Shown here piece after piece: positions 1-8,149 of a stretch of 54,590 nt of DNA. The position numbers were made by a program, and so were the translations under genes. The first letter of the stretch is position 1. The number at the start of each line of letters is the position of its first letter. Source of the DNA: Deltaproteobacteria bacterium HGW-Deltaproteobacteria-22 (lineage in GTDB: Bacteria; Myxococcota_A; Polyangia; HGW-17); assembly GCA_002841825.1 (NCBI GenBank), contig PHAZ01000006.1, forward strand, positions 1 to 54,590, written 5' to 3'. Under the pieces are notes generated by a model, which was not told the DNA's origin, did not search any database, and was given only the letters and a program-made list of their open reading frames with translations.

Positions 1-111
1 CCTGAGCCCGCGCCTGAGCCGGTGGTTGCCGAAGAGGCCGCCCCTGAGCCCGCGCCGGAACCGGTGGTTGCCGAAGAGGCCGCGCCTGAAGCCGCGCCGG
101 AACCGGTGGAT
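1..111 (+). repeat. 42-bp in-frame tandem repeat (PEPAPEPVVAEEAA), about 2.6 copies, may extend beyond the window
   Basis: Units 1-42 and 43-84 plus a partial unit 85-111, with synonymous variation. Confidence 0.85.
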
Positions 112-351
112 TCCGTCCCGGAGCCGGTTTCCGAGGAAGGCGAGCGCACCATCCCGATCGATCCTGGCGCCACGATGCTGGATCTGGCCGCCGTTTCCGA
201 CGCCATGCCCGTTGAGGACACCGCCGCCCACGAGGGTTCCTCCGACGGCAGCGGTGAAGAGGGTTCTTCGGCCGAGGATGATGGATCCTCCTCCGGTGAC
301 GAGGAAGGCGGAGACAAGAAGAAGCGCCGCCGTCGCACGAAGAAGAAATGA
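1..351 (+). CDS. 5'-truncated hypothetical protein; acidic Pro/Ala/Glu-rich C-terminus with polybasic tail
   Basis: Frame is open from base 1 (PEPAPEPVVAEEAA repeats) to TGA at 349-351 and ends KKKRRRRTKKK; the start lies outside the window. Confidence 0.7.
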   Translation, partial: PEPAPEPVVAEEAAPEPAPEPVVAEEAAPEAAPEPVDSVPEPVSEEGERTIPIDPGATMLDLAAVSDAMPVEDTAAHEGSSDGSGEEGSSAEDDGSSSGDEEGGDKKKRRRRTKKK

Positions 352-363
352 GACCGCGGGCGA

Positions 364-1239
364 TTGATGACCCTTCTTCCTGGCATCGTCTTTCCCTCCA
401 GTCCGGTGCCGTCCGAAGCCCTGGCCGACGGGCTGCGTTTTCTGCCCCGACATAAACTGTTCTCCCCCGAACCTGATCAATGGCCCTTCCTGGCCGGCTC
501 TGATGCGGATCGGACCCGGCTCTTATGCGAGGCCCTGCGAGATCCCGAGGTGGATCTCCTCATCGCTGCGCGTGGCGGGCATGGGGCGCTGCGCCTGGAT
601 CGGGACCGCATCCTCGGGACCCTGAAGGAGCACCCCAAGCCCATCATCGGCTTCTCCGATGTGACGGCCCTGCATTTTCTCTGGCAGGTCGCGGGCGTGC
701 CCTCGGTGGCGGGTCCGAACGTGACCCAGCTTCCCTTGCTGCCCGCCGACCAGACAGACCGTGTGCTGCACCTGCTTTCAACCGGGGAGCTCGGGCCGCT
801 GGGCGTCCCGCTGACAGCCCACAGGGATGCGCAGGGACAGACCGTTGCCGGTCCGCTGGCAGGGGGAAACCTGGCTGTGATCGCCTCGGCGGCGGGTACG
901 CCATGGGCGCCCTCGTTCTCCGGCCGGATCGTGTTCCTGGAGGAGGTGCACGAGGCCCCGTACCGGATCGATCGCATGCTCTGGCAGATCCTGCACGCCA
1001 CGGACCTGACGCGGGCAGCCGCGATTGTGTTCGGCGAGTTCACCGAATGTCCGGGGTTCAGGATGGACCTGCTGCTGGCCACCTGCGGGCAGTTCGCGCC
1101 CGGGGTGCCCCTGTTTTCCGGCTTCCCCTCCGGGCACGGCGCGACCAACGTCGCCTTCGTCTCCGGGGCGGTGGCCCGCATCGACGGCCGAACCGCCACG
1201 CTGACCCAGCCCGGGGTCCGTTTTTCAGCAACATCATGA
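364..1239 (+). CDS. ldcA: LD-carboxypeptidase (peptidase S66, muramoyltetrapeptide carboxypeptidase family)
   Basis: ARGGHG, IIGFSDVTAL (catalytic Ser), GGNL, FLEEVHEAPYRIDRML (Glu), GHG (His); start at 364 or 367. Confidence 0.9.
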   Translation: MMTLLPGIVFPSSPVPSEALADGLRFLPRHKLFSPEPDQWPFLAGSDADRTRLLCEALRDPEVDLLIAARGGHGALRLDRDRILGTLKEHPKPIIGFSDVTALHFLWQVAGVPSVAGPNVTQLPLLPADQTDRVLHLLSTGELGPLGVPLTAHRDAQGQTVAGPLAGGNLAVIASAAGTPWAPSFSGRIVFLEEVHEAPYRIDRMLWQILHATDLTRAAAIVFGEFTECPGFRMDLLLATCGQFAPGVPLFSGFPSGHGATNVAFVSGAVARIDGRTATLTQPGVRFSATS

Positions 1240-2792
1240 AGCTCATCGTCTCCCTGCTCGATCAGCAACTGGCCTATCATTTGCCCCATCTGGGCGGCGA
1301 GCCGGTGAGGGTTTCCTACCCAGGGGAGCGCATCGCGACCCTGTGCGGCGAGATCCGCAACGTCACCTTCCGCATGGTGCACTCGGATCTGGGACTGGAG
1401 AGCGGCTATGGCCAGCTCGAGGCGCTCTCACGCGCCCTGTCCGGACTGATCCTGCCCACCGAAATCGCAGGGCATCTGAGGCGGGCCGACGGTTTCCTGA
1501 CGCTTCAGATCGAGCCCCGGTTGCAGCACATACCCTGGGAATGGCTGCACGACGGCGAGGACTTCTGGTGTCGCCGTTTCTCGATCGGGCGGGTCCACCG
1601 CCAGGGCGCCGCGGCCCTCCTGCGCGAGCCTGCCAGGCCTGTGAAGATGCTCGTGGTGGTGTCCGATCCGGACCGCGATCTGCCCGGTGCGCTGCCCGAG
1701 GCACGCAAGCTCGTCCGGGCCCTGGATCATGAGCAGGCCTACGTCGCGCGGCTCATGGTCAATCCTACGATTGAAGAATTGATCAAGAATTTCAATCAAT
1801 ATTCCGTGGTGCACTATGTCGGCCACATGAAGTCCGTCCCCGGGGAGGACGGTCCGCTGCCGGCCTGGCAGTTGAAGAACGGCACCTTCGGCGTTCCCGA
1901 GATGGCCGCCTGCTTCTTCGGCGGCTGCCGCGTGCGGCTGGTGTACTCCAACGCCTGTCCTGGGCTCGCGACGGATCCGGGCGCCGCTGCCACCTGGCCA
2001 CGGGCGCTTTCGCAGGCCGGCGTCCAGGCTGTGATCTCCACGCTGATGGACGTGCCGGACCGCTCCGCCGCGGAGATGACGGCGGGCTTCTACGAGGATC
2101 TGGCCTCGGGAAAGAGCCTCGGGGAGGTGCTGTCCCTGGCGCGGGAGCGTGCGCGCACCCGGCTCGGGAAGCTCGACATCACGTGGATGCTGCACATGCT
2201 GCACGGTGATCCGGATCAGGTCCTGCTGCCCGTCAAGTCCACGCTGGAGAACGGGGCGCGGCTTCGGGTCTCGGGTCCTGTGCCCTACAAGGCGCCGCTG
2301 ACCCCCCAGCCCCCGGCCAGGAACACCTGGCGCCGGTTCGAACTGGGGCTGTTCGGCGCGCTGCTTCTGCTCACCGCGGGCCTGCTGGCCCGTCCACTCT
2401 GGGAGCGTTCGACGGAGTGGAAGCCGCTGCCGATGCCGGTGGAGCTGGAGCCGTTCTCGGGACGGATCCTGTTCTCCGGTTTCGAGGGAGCCGATCCGGC
2501 CTTCGCCACGGAGACCCTCGAGGCCGAGCAGTGTTTCATCCGGACCCTGACCACCCTGCCGGGAGTCCGGCTGCAGGACGGGCGGGAACGTCCGGCCATG
2601 CTCACCACGCCGTTCATGGAAATCAGCGGGCGGGTGGTCATGGGCTCCTCCGGGGAGGGCAAGCTCCTGCTGATGGTCAAGCGCACCTCGGATCGCATCG
2701 TGCTCTATGCCGATGATTTTCCCCTGCCGATGGCCGACGAGACCCCGTGCGTCCGGCTCCAGGACTGGATTCGCCGCAAATACGATCTGTAG
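1236..2792 (+). CDS. CHAT-domain (caspase-like, clan CD) protein with one TM helix and a C-terminal extracytoplasmic domain
   Basis: LQHIPWEWL, VVSDP..LPGA..EA, VHYVGH (His), YSNAC (Cys), FY..L..G..L..AR, then hydrophobic LGLFGALLLLTAGLLA. ATG at 1236 overlaps the ldcA stop (ATGA); the upstream part of track ORF 525..2792 is not supported. Confidence 0.85.
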   Translation: MKLIVSLLDQQLAYHLPHLGGEPVRVSYPGERIATLCGEIRNVTFRMVHSDLGLESGYGQLEALSRALSGLILPTEIAGHLRRADGFLTLQIEPRLQHIPWEWLHDGEDFWCRRFSIGRVHRQGAAALLREPARPVKMLVVVSDPDRDLPGALPEARKLVRALDHEQAYVARLMVNPTIEELIKNFNQYSVVHYVGHMKSVPGEDGPLPAWQLKNGTFGVPEMAACFFGGCRVRLVYSNACPGLATDPGAAATWPRALSQAGVQAVISTLMDVPDRSAAEMTAGFYEDLASGKSLGEVLSLARERARTRLGKLDITWMLHMLHGDPDQVLLPVKSTLENGARLRVSGPVPYKAPLTPQPPARNTWRRFELGLFGALLLLTAGLLARPLWERSTEWKPLPMPVELEPFSGRILFSGFEGADPAFATETLEAEQCFIRTLTTLPGVRLQDGRERPAMLTTPFMEISGRVVMGSSGEGKLLLMVKRTSDRIVLYADDFPLPMADETPCVRLQDWIRRKYDL

Positions 2793-2798
2793 GAGCCC

Positions 2799-2830
2799 GT
2801 CGGGAAAGACCTCGGTCGGATTTTCCCGAC
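2799..2830 (+). terminator. Hairpin downstream of the CHAT gene, possible terminator
   Basis: GTCGGGAAA (2799-2807) pairs with TTTCCCGAC (2822-2830); no U-tract follows. Confidence 0.4.
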
Positions 2831-2861
2831 AGGATCCTGGCGAAAACCCCACCGAAAAGCC

Positions 2862-2889
2862 TTGCATTTTGTCCGGAAAGTTCTAAGTT
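2862..2889 (+). promoter_or_regulatory. Possible sigma70 promoter for birA-oad
   Basis: TTGCAT-N16-TAAGTT in an AT-richer intergenic gap. Confidence 0.3.
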
Positions 2890-2958
2890 CGCGTCGCGCG
2901 GGAGAGGCGGGCTTCCTTCGAGGTTCACCGTTGCCGCCGCGAAGATCCGGCTGCCCCC

Positions 2959-3708
2959 ATGCATGAATGGAATCACCCCTTTCAGTTCCTGCCCGTCGCC
3001 GATTCCACCAGCGCGATTCTCAAGGCTTTCGTGCAGAAGGATCAGTTCATCCCGGGCGCCGTCGCCGCGCGTGAGCAGACCGCCGGGCGCGGGCGCGGGG
3101 ACAACGTATGGCAGTCCCCTCCGGGGGGCCTGTACCTCTCGGTGGCGCTGCCGGTCCCGGACGCCGCGCTGCTTCCGCTGATCGGCCCGGGCATCGCCTG
3201 CGACGTGGCCCGGTGGCTCAACGAGCGCTTCGCGGTGGAGGCGCGGATCAAGTGGCCCAACGACTGGCTCGTCGCGGACCGTAAGCTCGGCGGGCTGCTC
3301 ATGGAGCTGGTGCGCTCCCCGCAGGGCAGTCTGGTGGTGGTGGCCGGCATCGGGCTCAACGTGTTCCACGCGCCCACGCTGCCCGGTCGGCGCGCGTTTC
3401 TGCCCACGGCGCTCCACGAATGGGCCGACCTGACGGGCCAGGACCTGGTCCTGCTGGCGCGGGAGCTGGCCGGGATCGTGGGGCAGAGCGCCTCCGTCCA
3501 CGCCTCGATGGAGCCGCGGCTCCGAGCGTTTCTCGTCGGGCACAGCGCCACGCTGGGACGTGAGGTGACCGTGGATCTCCCTGGCGGGGAGCGCGTCACC
3601 GGCGTCGCCGAGGGCTTCGCGCCCGATTTTTCCCTGTTGGTGAAGACCGCCGATCGCATCGTGCGCGTTGCGGCGGGAGACTGTTTTCATGAACCGGTAC
3701 CCGGTTAA
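2959..3708 (+). CDS. birA: Biotin--protein ligase without an N-terminal HTH
   Basis: DST, AREQTAGRGR..W.SPPGGLYLSV, IKWPND, KLGGLLME, GIGLNV, C-terminal SH3-like region. Confidence 0.92.
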   Translation: MHEWNHPFQFLPVADSTSAILKAFVQKDQFIPGAVAAREQTAGRGRGDNVWQSPPGGLYLSVALPVPDAALLPLIGPGIACDVARWLNERFAVEARIKWPNDWLVADRKLGGLLMELVRSPQGSLVVVAGIGLNVFHAPTLPGRRAFLPTALHEWADLTGQDLVLLARELAGIVGQSASVHASMEPRLRAFLVGHSATLGREVTVDLPGGERVTGVAEGFAPDFSLLVKTADRIVRVAAGDCFHEPVPG

Positions 3709-3720
3709 GGAGGTTGCACG

Positions 3721-3996
3721 GTGACACAGGCATTGACGACCACAGCTTTGGGAATGACCATCGTATTTCTCGTGCTCGCGCTGATCTACGGCAGCATCGT
3801 GATCCTGGGCCTCTTTGAGCCCAAGGCGTCGGTGGCCGCCGCGACGATCCCTCCCTTCTCCACCGCGCCTGCCGGAGGCCCTGCCGCCGTGACGCCCGAA
3901 GAGGAGGCGGCCATCCACGCGGCCATCGCCCACCACACCGGCCGCGCCCCCGAAACGTTTCAAACCCGGATTTCCCCGGTTAAAAAGGAGTCCTAA
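3721..3996 (+). CDS. oadG: Na+-translocating decarboxylase gamma/delta-type subunit (OadG family)
   Basis: GMTIVFLVLAL TM segment, Ala/Pro linker, EEEAAIHAAI helix; AGGAGG RBS; position before the alpha subunit. Confidence 0.8.
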   Translation: MTQALTTTALGMTIVFLVLALIYGSIVILGLFEPKASVAAATIPPFSTAPAGGPAAVTPEEEAAIHAAIAHHTGRAPETFQTRISPVKKES

Positions 3997-3999
3997 ACC

Positions 4000-5766
4000 A
4001 TGGTGAAAATTACCGAGACCATCCTGCGGGACGCCCATCAGTCCCTCATCGCCACGCGCCTGCGCATCGAAGACATGATTCCGGCCCTCGAGCTGCTGGA
4101 TTCCATGGGCTATCACTCCCTGGAAGTGTGGGGCGGCGCGACGTTCGATTCCTGCATGCGTTTTCTGGCCGAGGATCCCTGGGAACGGCTGCGGACCATC
4201 CGCAAGGCCGTGAAGAAGACCAAACTGCAGATGCTCCTGCGGGGTCAGAACCTCGTGGGCTACCGTCACTACGCCGATGACGTGGTGGACCGCTTCGTCG
4301 AGCTCGCCGCCAAGAACGGCATCGACATCTTCCGCATCTTCGACGCGCTCAACGACGTCCGCAACATGGAGCAGGCCATCCGCGCCGCCGTGAAGACGGG
4401 CAAGCACGTGCAGGGCACCATCTCCTACACCCTGTCGCCGGTGCACACCGAGGATCTGTTCGTGACCTTCGCCAAGGAGCTCAAGGGCCTGGGCTGTCAC
4501 TCGATCTGCATCAAGGACATGGCCGGCCTCCTCGATCCGGCCGCCTGCACCAGCCTGGTGTCGCGCCTGAAGAAGGAAGTCGCGCTCCCCGTGCAGGTGC
4601 ACACGCACTGCACGTCGGGCCTGGCCCAGATGACCTACTTCGCCGCGGCCGAGGCCGGCGCCGACGTCGTGGACTGCGCCCTGTCGCCGTTTTCGGGGGG
4701 CACCTCCCAGCCGCCCACCGAGAGCGTCGTGTTCGGCTTCGCCAAGACCCCGTACGACACGGGCATGGATCCGACCGCCTTCAAGCCCCTGACTGCCGTC
4801 TTCAAGGAAGTGCGCAAGAAGTACGACTCCATGGTCTCCCCGATCTCCGAGCGCGTGGACGTGGACGTGCTGATCTACCAGATCCCCGGCGGCATGCTCT
4901 CGAACCTGGTCAGCCAGCTCGAGAAGCAGAAGAAGCTCGACCGCTACGAGGACGTGCTCCTCGAGGTGCCCCGCGTGCGCACCGACATGGGCTATCCGCC
5001 GCTGGTCACCCCCACGAGCCAGATCGTCGGCACCCAGGCGGTCATGAACGTCATCGCCGGCGAGCGTTACAAGATGATCACCAAGGAGACCAAGGAATAC
5101 GTCCGCGGCATGTACGGCCGCACCCCGGCCCCGATCTCCCCGGAGATCCGCAAACTGATCACGGGCGACGAGCCCATGGTCGACGGCCGCCCGGGCGATC
5201 ACCTCAAGCCGGAGCTGCCCGAGATCAAGGAAAAGTACAAGGACCTGATCAAGAAGGAGGAGGACGTGATCTCCCTGGCGCTGTATCCCGAGGTTGCGGC
5301 CAAGCTGCTGTCGGGCAAGGCCGAGGCCGAGCCCATGCCCTCGGTCGCCGCCCCTGCCGCGGCAGCCGCGGCCCCGGCCGCTGCTCCTGCCGCCGCCGCC
5401 CCTGCCATGACCGGCCCCGGCCGGTACCAGGTGCAGGTCAACGGCAAGGTCTTCACCGTGGACGTGGCCCCGGTCACGGCGGGCTCGGCGCTCCCGATGC
5501 CGGTGGCGGTCTCGGCCGCCCCGGCTCCGGTCGCCGCCGCGCCGTCCGCTGGCGCGCGGGCATTGCCCAGCCCGCTGCAGGGCACGGTCTTCAAGATCCT
5601 GGTCAAGGTCGGCGACCGCGTGGAGACCAACTCCCCGGTCCTGATCCTGGAAGCCATGAAGATGGAGAACGAGATCACGGCGCCGTTTGGCGGCGTGGTG
5701 AGTCAGATTCTGGTCAAGGAGGGACAGGGCGTCGACGCCGATGCGCCCCTGATAGTGCTCGAATAG
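4000..5766 (+). CDS. oadA: Oxaloacetate decarboxylase alpha subunit (carboxyltransferase plus biotinyl domain)
   Basis: [36 protein letters not shown], Ala/Pro linker, EAMKM biotinylation motif. Confidence 0.93.
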   Translation: MVKITETILRDAHQSLIATRLRIEDMIPALELLDSMGYHSLEVWGGATFDSCMRFLAEDPWERLRTIRKAVKKTKLQMLLRGQNLVGYRHYADDVVDRFVELAAKNGIDIFRIFDALNDVRNMEQAIRAAVKTGKHVQGTISYTLSPVHTEDLFVTFAKELKGLGCHSICIKDMAGLLDPAACTSLVSRLKKEVALPVQVHTHCTSGLAQMTYFAAAEAGADVVDCALSPFSGGTSQPPTESVVFGFAKTPYDTGMDPTAFKPLTAVFKEVRKKYDSMVSPISERVDVDVLIYQIPGGMLSNLVSQLEKQKKLDRYEDVLLEVPRVRTDMGYPPLVTPTSQIVGTQAVMNVIAGERYKMITKETKEYVRGMYGRTPAPISPEIRKLITGDEPMVDGRPGDHLKPELPEIKEKYKDLIKKEEDVISLALYPEVAAKLLSGKAEAEPMPSVAAPAAAAAAPAAAPAAAAPAMTGPGRYQVQVNGKVFTVDVAPVTAGSALPMPVAVSAAPAPVAAAPSAGARALPSPLQGTVFKILVKVGDRVETNSPVLILEAMKMENEITAPFGGVVSQILVKEGQGVDADAPLIVLE

Positions 5767-5776
5767 GAGGTCTTCC

Positions 5777-6937
5777 ATGTCCGGTGTAGAAAATGTCATC
5801 CAGTCCATGGGCTTCATGAACCTCACCTGGGGTCATGTGGCCATGCTTGGCATCGCCATGATCCTCCTCTACCTGGCCATCGTGCGCCAGTTCGAGCCGC
5901 TTTTGCTGATCCCGATCGCCATGGGCGTCATCCTCGCCAACGTGCCCATCGCCGACGTCATGGCCCATCCCGACCTGACCAAGCCCTTCGTTCCGGCGGA
6001 CCTGAGCTCCTGGGGCGTGGTGTACGTGGTGTACTTCTGGGGCATCAAGTCCGGGTTGTTTCCGCTGCTCATCTTCATGGGCGTGGGCGCCATGACCGAC
6101 TTCGGGCCCCTGATCTCCAACCCCAAGACGATCTTCCTGGGCGCGGCCGCCCAGTTCGGCATCTTCGGCACCCTCATCGGCGCGGTGGCCTTGGGCTTCC
6201 CCATGCATGAGGCGGCCAGCATCGGCATCATCGGCGGCGCCGACGGTCCGACGGCGATCTTCACCACCACCAAGCTGGCCCCGCACCTGCTGGGCCCCAT
6301 CGCGGTGGCGGCCTACAGTTACATGGCCCTGGTGCCCATCATCCAGCCCCCGATCATGCGGCTGCTGACCACGAAGAAGGAACGCGCGATTCGCATGGAG
6401 CAGATGCGCCCGGTGAGCAAGCGGGCCAAGATCATCTTCCCGATCATGGTCACCCTGGTGACCATCGTCCTGATCCCGGACGCGGCCCCCCTGGTGGGCA
6501 TGCTCATGTTCGGCAACCTGGTCAAGGAGGCCGGCGTCGTGGACCGCCTGTCCAAGACCGCGGCCAACGAGATGATCAACATCGTGACGATCCTGCTGGG
6601 CCTGTGCGTGGGCGCCACCATGGACGCCAACACGTTCATCAACGTCAAGACGATCAAGATCGTCGTGCTGGGCCTCATCGCCTTCTCGGTGGGCACCGCC
6701 ACGGGCCTGCTCTTCGCCAAGCTCATGAACTGGTGGTCCGGCGGCAAAGTCAACCCGCTGATCGGCTCGGCCGGCGTCTCCGCGGTGCCCATGGCGGCCC
6801 GCGTGTCCCAGAAGGTCGGCCGTGAGACCGATCCGAACAACTACCTGCTCATGCACGCCATGGGCCCCAACGTGGCCGGCGTCCTGGGCTCGGCCATCGC
6901 CGCGGGCGTGCTCATCGCCGTGGTGGGCGGCGGCTGA
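5777..6937 (+). CDS. oadB: Na+-translocating decarboxylase beta subunit
   Basis: [57 protein letters not shown]. Confidence 0.96.
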   Translation: MSGVENVIQSMGFMNLTWGHVAMLGIAMILLYLAIVRQFEPLLLIPIAMGVILANVPIADVMAHPDLTKPFVPADLSSWGVVYVVYFWGIKSGLFPLLIFMGVGAMTDFGPLISNPKTIFLGAAAQFGIFGTLIGAVALGFPMHEAASIGIIGGADGPTAIFTTTKLAPHLLGPIAVAAYSYMALVPIIQPPIMRLLTTKKERAIRMEQMRPVSKRAKIIFPIMVTLVTIVLIPDAAPLVGMLMFGNLVKEAGVVDRLSKTAANEMINIVTILLGLCVGATMDANTFINVKTIKIVVLGLIAFSVGTATGLLFAKLMNWWSGGKVNPLIGSAGVSAVPMAARVSQKVGRETDPNNYLLMHAMGPNVAGVLGSAIAAGVLIAVVGGG

Positions 6938-6944
6938 TCGCACC

Positions 6945-7514
6945 ATGCGCCTGATCCTTGCGAGTCAGTCCCGCTACAAGAAAGAGTCCCTCCAGCGGCT
7001 GGGAATCCCCTTCGACTGCGAGGACCCCGCCATCGACGAGAGCTCGCTGCCGGGCGAGGCCCCCGAGGAGCTCGTGCTGCGGCTGTGCGTCGGGAAGGCC
7101 GCGACGGTCAGCGCCCGGTGTCCCGGCGCGCTGGTGATCGCCGCGGACCAGGTCGCCGAGCTCGACGGGGAGATCCTGACCAAGCCCGGCACCCCCGAGG
7201 GCGCCCGCGCCCAGCTTCGGCGCATGGCCGGCCGCACCCACCGTCTGCTCACCGCCGTGGCGGTCACCGACGGCGTACGCACCGGGCGCCGCCTCGAGAT
7301 CCACGTGATGACCATGCGTCCCCTCTCCGACGAGGCCATCGCCCGCTACGTGGCGCGCGACAACCCCGTGGACTGCGCCGGCGCCTACAAGATCGAGCGG
7401 GCCGGCATCGCCCTGTTCGCCTCGGTGGTGGGCGCCGATCCCCAGGCCATCGTGGGCCTGCCCCTGATGACCCTGGTGGATCTGCTCGGTCGCTTCGGCG
7501 TCGAGGTGCCGTGA
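6945..7514 (+). CDS. maf: Maf-family nucleotide pyrophosphatase (YceF-like)
   Basis: LILASQSRY, IDE, VIAADQV, KPGT, CAGAYKIE; ATG at 6945. Confidence 0.9.
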   Translation: MRLILASQSRYKKESLQRLGIPFDCEDPAIDESSLPGEAPEELVLRLCVGKAATVSARCPGALVIAADQVAELDGEILTKPGTPEGARAQLRRMAGRTHRLLTAVAVTDGVRTGRRLEIHVMTMRPLSDEAIARYVARDNPVDCAGAYKIERAGIALFASVVGADPQAIVGLPLMTLVDLLGRFGVEVP

Positions 7515-7539
7515 ATTCCCCCTGAACCCGGAGGTCCCC

Positions 7540-7869
7540 ATGTGGACGGTCGCCCTGCTCGTCGCCTCCAACGTGTTCATGACGTTCGCCTGGTACGGTC
7601 ACCTGAAGTACAAGAGCTCCCCGCTGATGCTGGTGATCCTGGCCTCCTGGGGCATCGCGTTCTTCGAGTACTGCCTGCAGGTGCCGGCCAACCGCATGGG
7701 CCACGGCCAGTTCAGCGCCGCCGAGCTCAAGACCATGCAGGAGGTCATCACCCTGATCGTCTTCTCGGTCTTCTCGGTGACCTATCTCAGGGAGGGCCTG
7801 CGCTGGAACCACCTGGTGGGCTTTGGCCTGATCATCCTCGCGGTCTTCTTCGTCTTCAAGAAGTGGTGA
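7540..7869 (+). CDS. Small DMT-family membrane protein (DUF486-like)
   Basis: SNVFMTFAWYGHLK, SWGIAFFEY.LQVPANR.G, LK.MQEVITL; four TM helices; GGAGG RBS. Confidence 0.88.
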   Translation: MWTVALLVASNVFMTFAWYGHLKYKSSPLMLVILASWGIAFFEYCLQVPANRMGHGQFSAAELKTMQEVITLIVFSVFSVTYLREGLRWNHLVGFGLIILAVFFVFKKW

Positions 7870-7922
7870 TGCGTCATTCACCCCGGCAAAGTGCGTGAAG
7901 GAAAGACAGGGGACAAGAGACT

Positions 7923-7989
7923 ACGGAAAAGACGAATAAGAAGAGGCCACGGAAAAGACGAATAAGAAGAGGCCACGGAAAAGACGAAT
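7923..7989. repeat. 26-bp perfect tandem repeat, about 2.6 copies, intergenic
   Basis: ACGGAAAAGACGAATAAGAAGAGGCC at 7923 and 7949, partial at 7975; no spacers. Confidence 0.92.
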
Positions 7990-8149
7990 GAGCGGATCCG
8001 CGCCTTGCGCGGGAAGAATCTTGGTGGTGGTGACGCATGCCTTTGTCGCTGTTGCCCCGTTAACCCACCCCAGTAATTTTCCGTAAACAACTACTTGACA
8101 CGGACCTTTCCGTCTTTTTTGTGGTCTGCCTTGTCTTTTCTTCTTCTTC

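Noticed and set aside
525-1235. Apparent N-terminal extension of the CHAT protein (and similar extensions on the track ORFs for Maf, LDT, RecB, RecD, MATE, Tgt and DUF2505)
   Set aside because: The extensions overlap upstream genes in another frame; internal ATGs with an RBS or ATGA coupling give the real starts, so these are not fusions
1236-2792. CHAT protease as part of a Craspase/type III-E system
   Set aside because: No Cas7-11, csx30/31, array or TPR domain in the window
2677-5826. 1049-aa minus-strand ORF, and similar long ORFs (8219..10135, 8775..10895, 11614..13179, 13237..16083, 29910..33224, 35235..37793, 42958..45453, 49992..51887)
   Set aside because: Antisense or off-frame shadows of well-supported genes; typical of high-GC DNA, with no motifs and biased composition
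7923-7989. 26-bp direct repeats as a mini-CRISPR
   Set aside because: Repeats are contiguous with no spacers, and there are no cas genes
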